Below the pieces are notes generated by a model. It was not told the origin of the DNA. It did not search any database and worked only from the letters and a program-made list of their open reading frames with translations. DNA of 63,584 nt, the filler included, from Acidimicrobiia bacterium (GTDB lineage Bacteria; Actinomycetota; Acidimicrobiia; Spongiisociales; JAENVV01), in NCBI GenBank assembly GCA_041577335.1. It is 6 parts of 4 records of this genome, joined end to end, with 100 filler letters (N's around TTAATTAATTAA, not from the genome) between each part and the next. Parts side by side here need not be neighbours in the genome. Positions count along the whole stretch, not along the records: positions 59,175 to 63,584 come from JBFGJH010000112.1; 5 more parts are not named here. One strand, 5' to 3'. The position numbers were made by a program, and so were the translations under genes. Position 1 is the stretch's first letter, and every line of letters begins with the position of its first letter. Shown here in pieces: positions 62,420 to 63,584 of this stretch.

Positions 62420-62600
62420 GAACTTCGACGATACATCGCGGGCGTTCTTGCCGATGAGGTTGGTGGCGGCGATCAGCAGCCGGTAGGAGAACTGACTGGG
62501 CGGGGACGCAGAGATGAAGGTGTCTACGTCCTTCTTCTTGACCGAGTAGCCGGGGCTGTAGGCCTTGGCCTGGTAGCCCACAAATCCCCCTCGGGGGTCC
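62420..62600 (-). pseudogene. Mrr-like restriction endonuclease domain remnant
   Basis: EGDLWA/(frameshift)/YQAKAYSPGYSVKKKDVDTFISAS..FSYRLLIAATN resembles QxK nuclease domains at the N-terminus of SF2 helicase/type ISP-like proteins. Confidence 0.6.
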
Positions 62601-62860
62601 GTGGCGACCCGGCGCCATAACCCTCTACTTCCGACGGCTCCGCCAACGCCTCGAGCTGGACCATCTCACCTTCCACACGCTCCGGAAGTTCATGGAGACC
62701 TACGGCCAAGACCTCGGCTTCTCACCTGTCCAAGTGGCCATCCGAGCCGGCCGGACTCGACCCGGCCATCGCAACCAAGCACTACACCGGCAAAGTCGAC
62801 CAGACCGACCGGGAACTCGCTGCAGCAATGGCCTGGCTCCTCGTCGACCAACAGAGCTGA
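62599..62860 (+). pseudogene. Tyrosine recombinase (integrase) C-terminal remnant
   Basis: PWRPGAITLYFRRLR..TFHTLRKF..QVAIRAG/(frameshift)/DPAIATKHYTG: HxLR box and catalytic Tyr. Confidence 0.75.
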
Positions 62861-62958
62861 CCGCCGGATGCAACCGTAGGCCCGGTGGCCAGCCGCACCA
62901 CCCGCATCACACTTCACGCCCGCAGCGTCACTCGGGGCAAGCACGCTTTCCTGGATGA

Positions 62959-63480
62959 ATCCTGGATTTTGGCAGAAAGAACAAACGAGGCGGGATCAGT
63001 GGCGCCAGCTACTTTGTCGACGTAATCAGACGACCCGGCCGAGCCACCACCGGCGAAACCGTCAACGGGTTACTACGACTCCGCCTCGCCAAGGACCGGG
63101 CCGGATGGCTACGGGGCCGCCACCCGGGAAACCTCCCAGTCGTCGCAGACATCGAACTAATCGCATATCCCGACGGTGGACTGACGTTTCACGTCTTGGC
63201 CGGCGGACAGTCCACCACCGACACAACCGACGAACTCGCTGAAGCAATAGTCGGGTATCTGCTCGTCTCCCAAGGCCGGCCCGGCGAACCAGGCGAATCC
63301 ATCGGAGCCATTGCCCAAGGGATCGGGCGAAGTCGAACCGACGCAACGGTCGGTGCCAGGCTCACCGAAATGGTCCAAGCCGGATATCTAACCCGGGAAC
63401 CAGGAGCCCGAGGCGCCAAGCTCCACGCCCTAACCGAGGCCGGACTCGAACACTACAACGACGACAGCGACCAGAAATGA
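62959..63480 (+). pseudogene. Truncated replication ATPase/helicase C-terminus with winged-helix-like tail
   Basis: Open frame ISGASYFVDV..LRLAKDRAGWLR.. without proper start; resembles AAA helicases of actinobacterial integrative elements/phages (recall only). Confidence 0.5.
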
Positions 63481-63535
63481 CCGTATTTGCGTCAACGACA
63501 CTCAACGCCGAAAACCGCTCTGTTCTAGATGGGCC

Positions 63536-63581
63536 GACTGGTGAGTGTCTGACTGTCGTGAGTGTCTACATAGACACTCAC
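63536..63581. repeat. Direct plus inverted repeat cluster
   Basis: GTGAGTGTCT twice (63541, 63558); palindrome GTGAGTGTCTA-CA-TAGACACTCAC. Confidence 0.8.
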
Positions 63582-63584
63582 TCA

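Overview
High-GC actinobacterial DNA; gene content and order suggest class Acidimicrobiia (inference). The window is six contigs joined by artificial N44-TTAATTAATTAA-N44 linkers (16498-16597, 21639-21738, 26915-27014, 28301-28400, 59075-59174), so adjacency across linkers is uninformative. Contig 1: dcw cluster (mraY to divIVA), convergent ileS, DUF167, lspA, rluD. Contig 2: his genes, a flavoprotein disulfide reductase, glgC. Contig 3: an ECF sigma module, PPOX, cfa, SOS-boxed dnaE2. Contig 4: an archaeal-type GAPDH. Contig 5: holA-rpsT-lepA-hemW-hrcA-dnaJ-rsmE, a BldD homolog, phoH-7TM/HD-ybeY-tlyC-era-recO-uppS-glyQS, LacI/PfkB/sucrose-phosphate synthase, dnaG-sigA, malic enzyme, tRNA-Asn and accessory genes. 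Contig 6: NUDIX, a CMD cassette and mobile-element debris. The most striking unannotated system is at 21739-24261. An ECF sigma factor is followed by three copies of one promoter-like motif (CCGTAACCAA-N14-CGGTWAC). Two copies precede leaderless paralogous anti-sigma-like membrane proteins with different repeat tails, and the third precedes a ~80-nt three-hairpin candidate sRNA. All calls rest on motif recognition by eye; no database searches were run.
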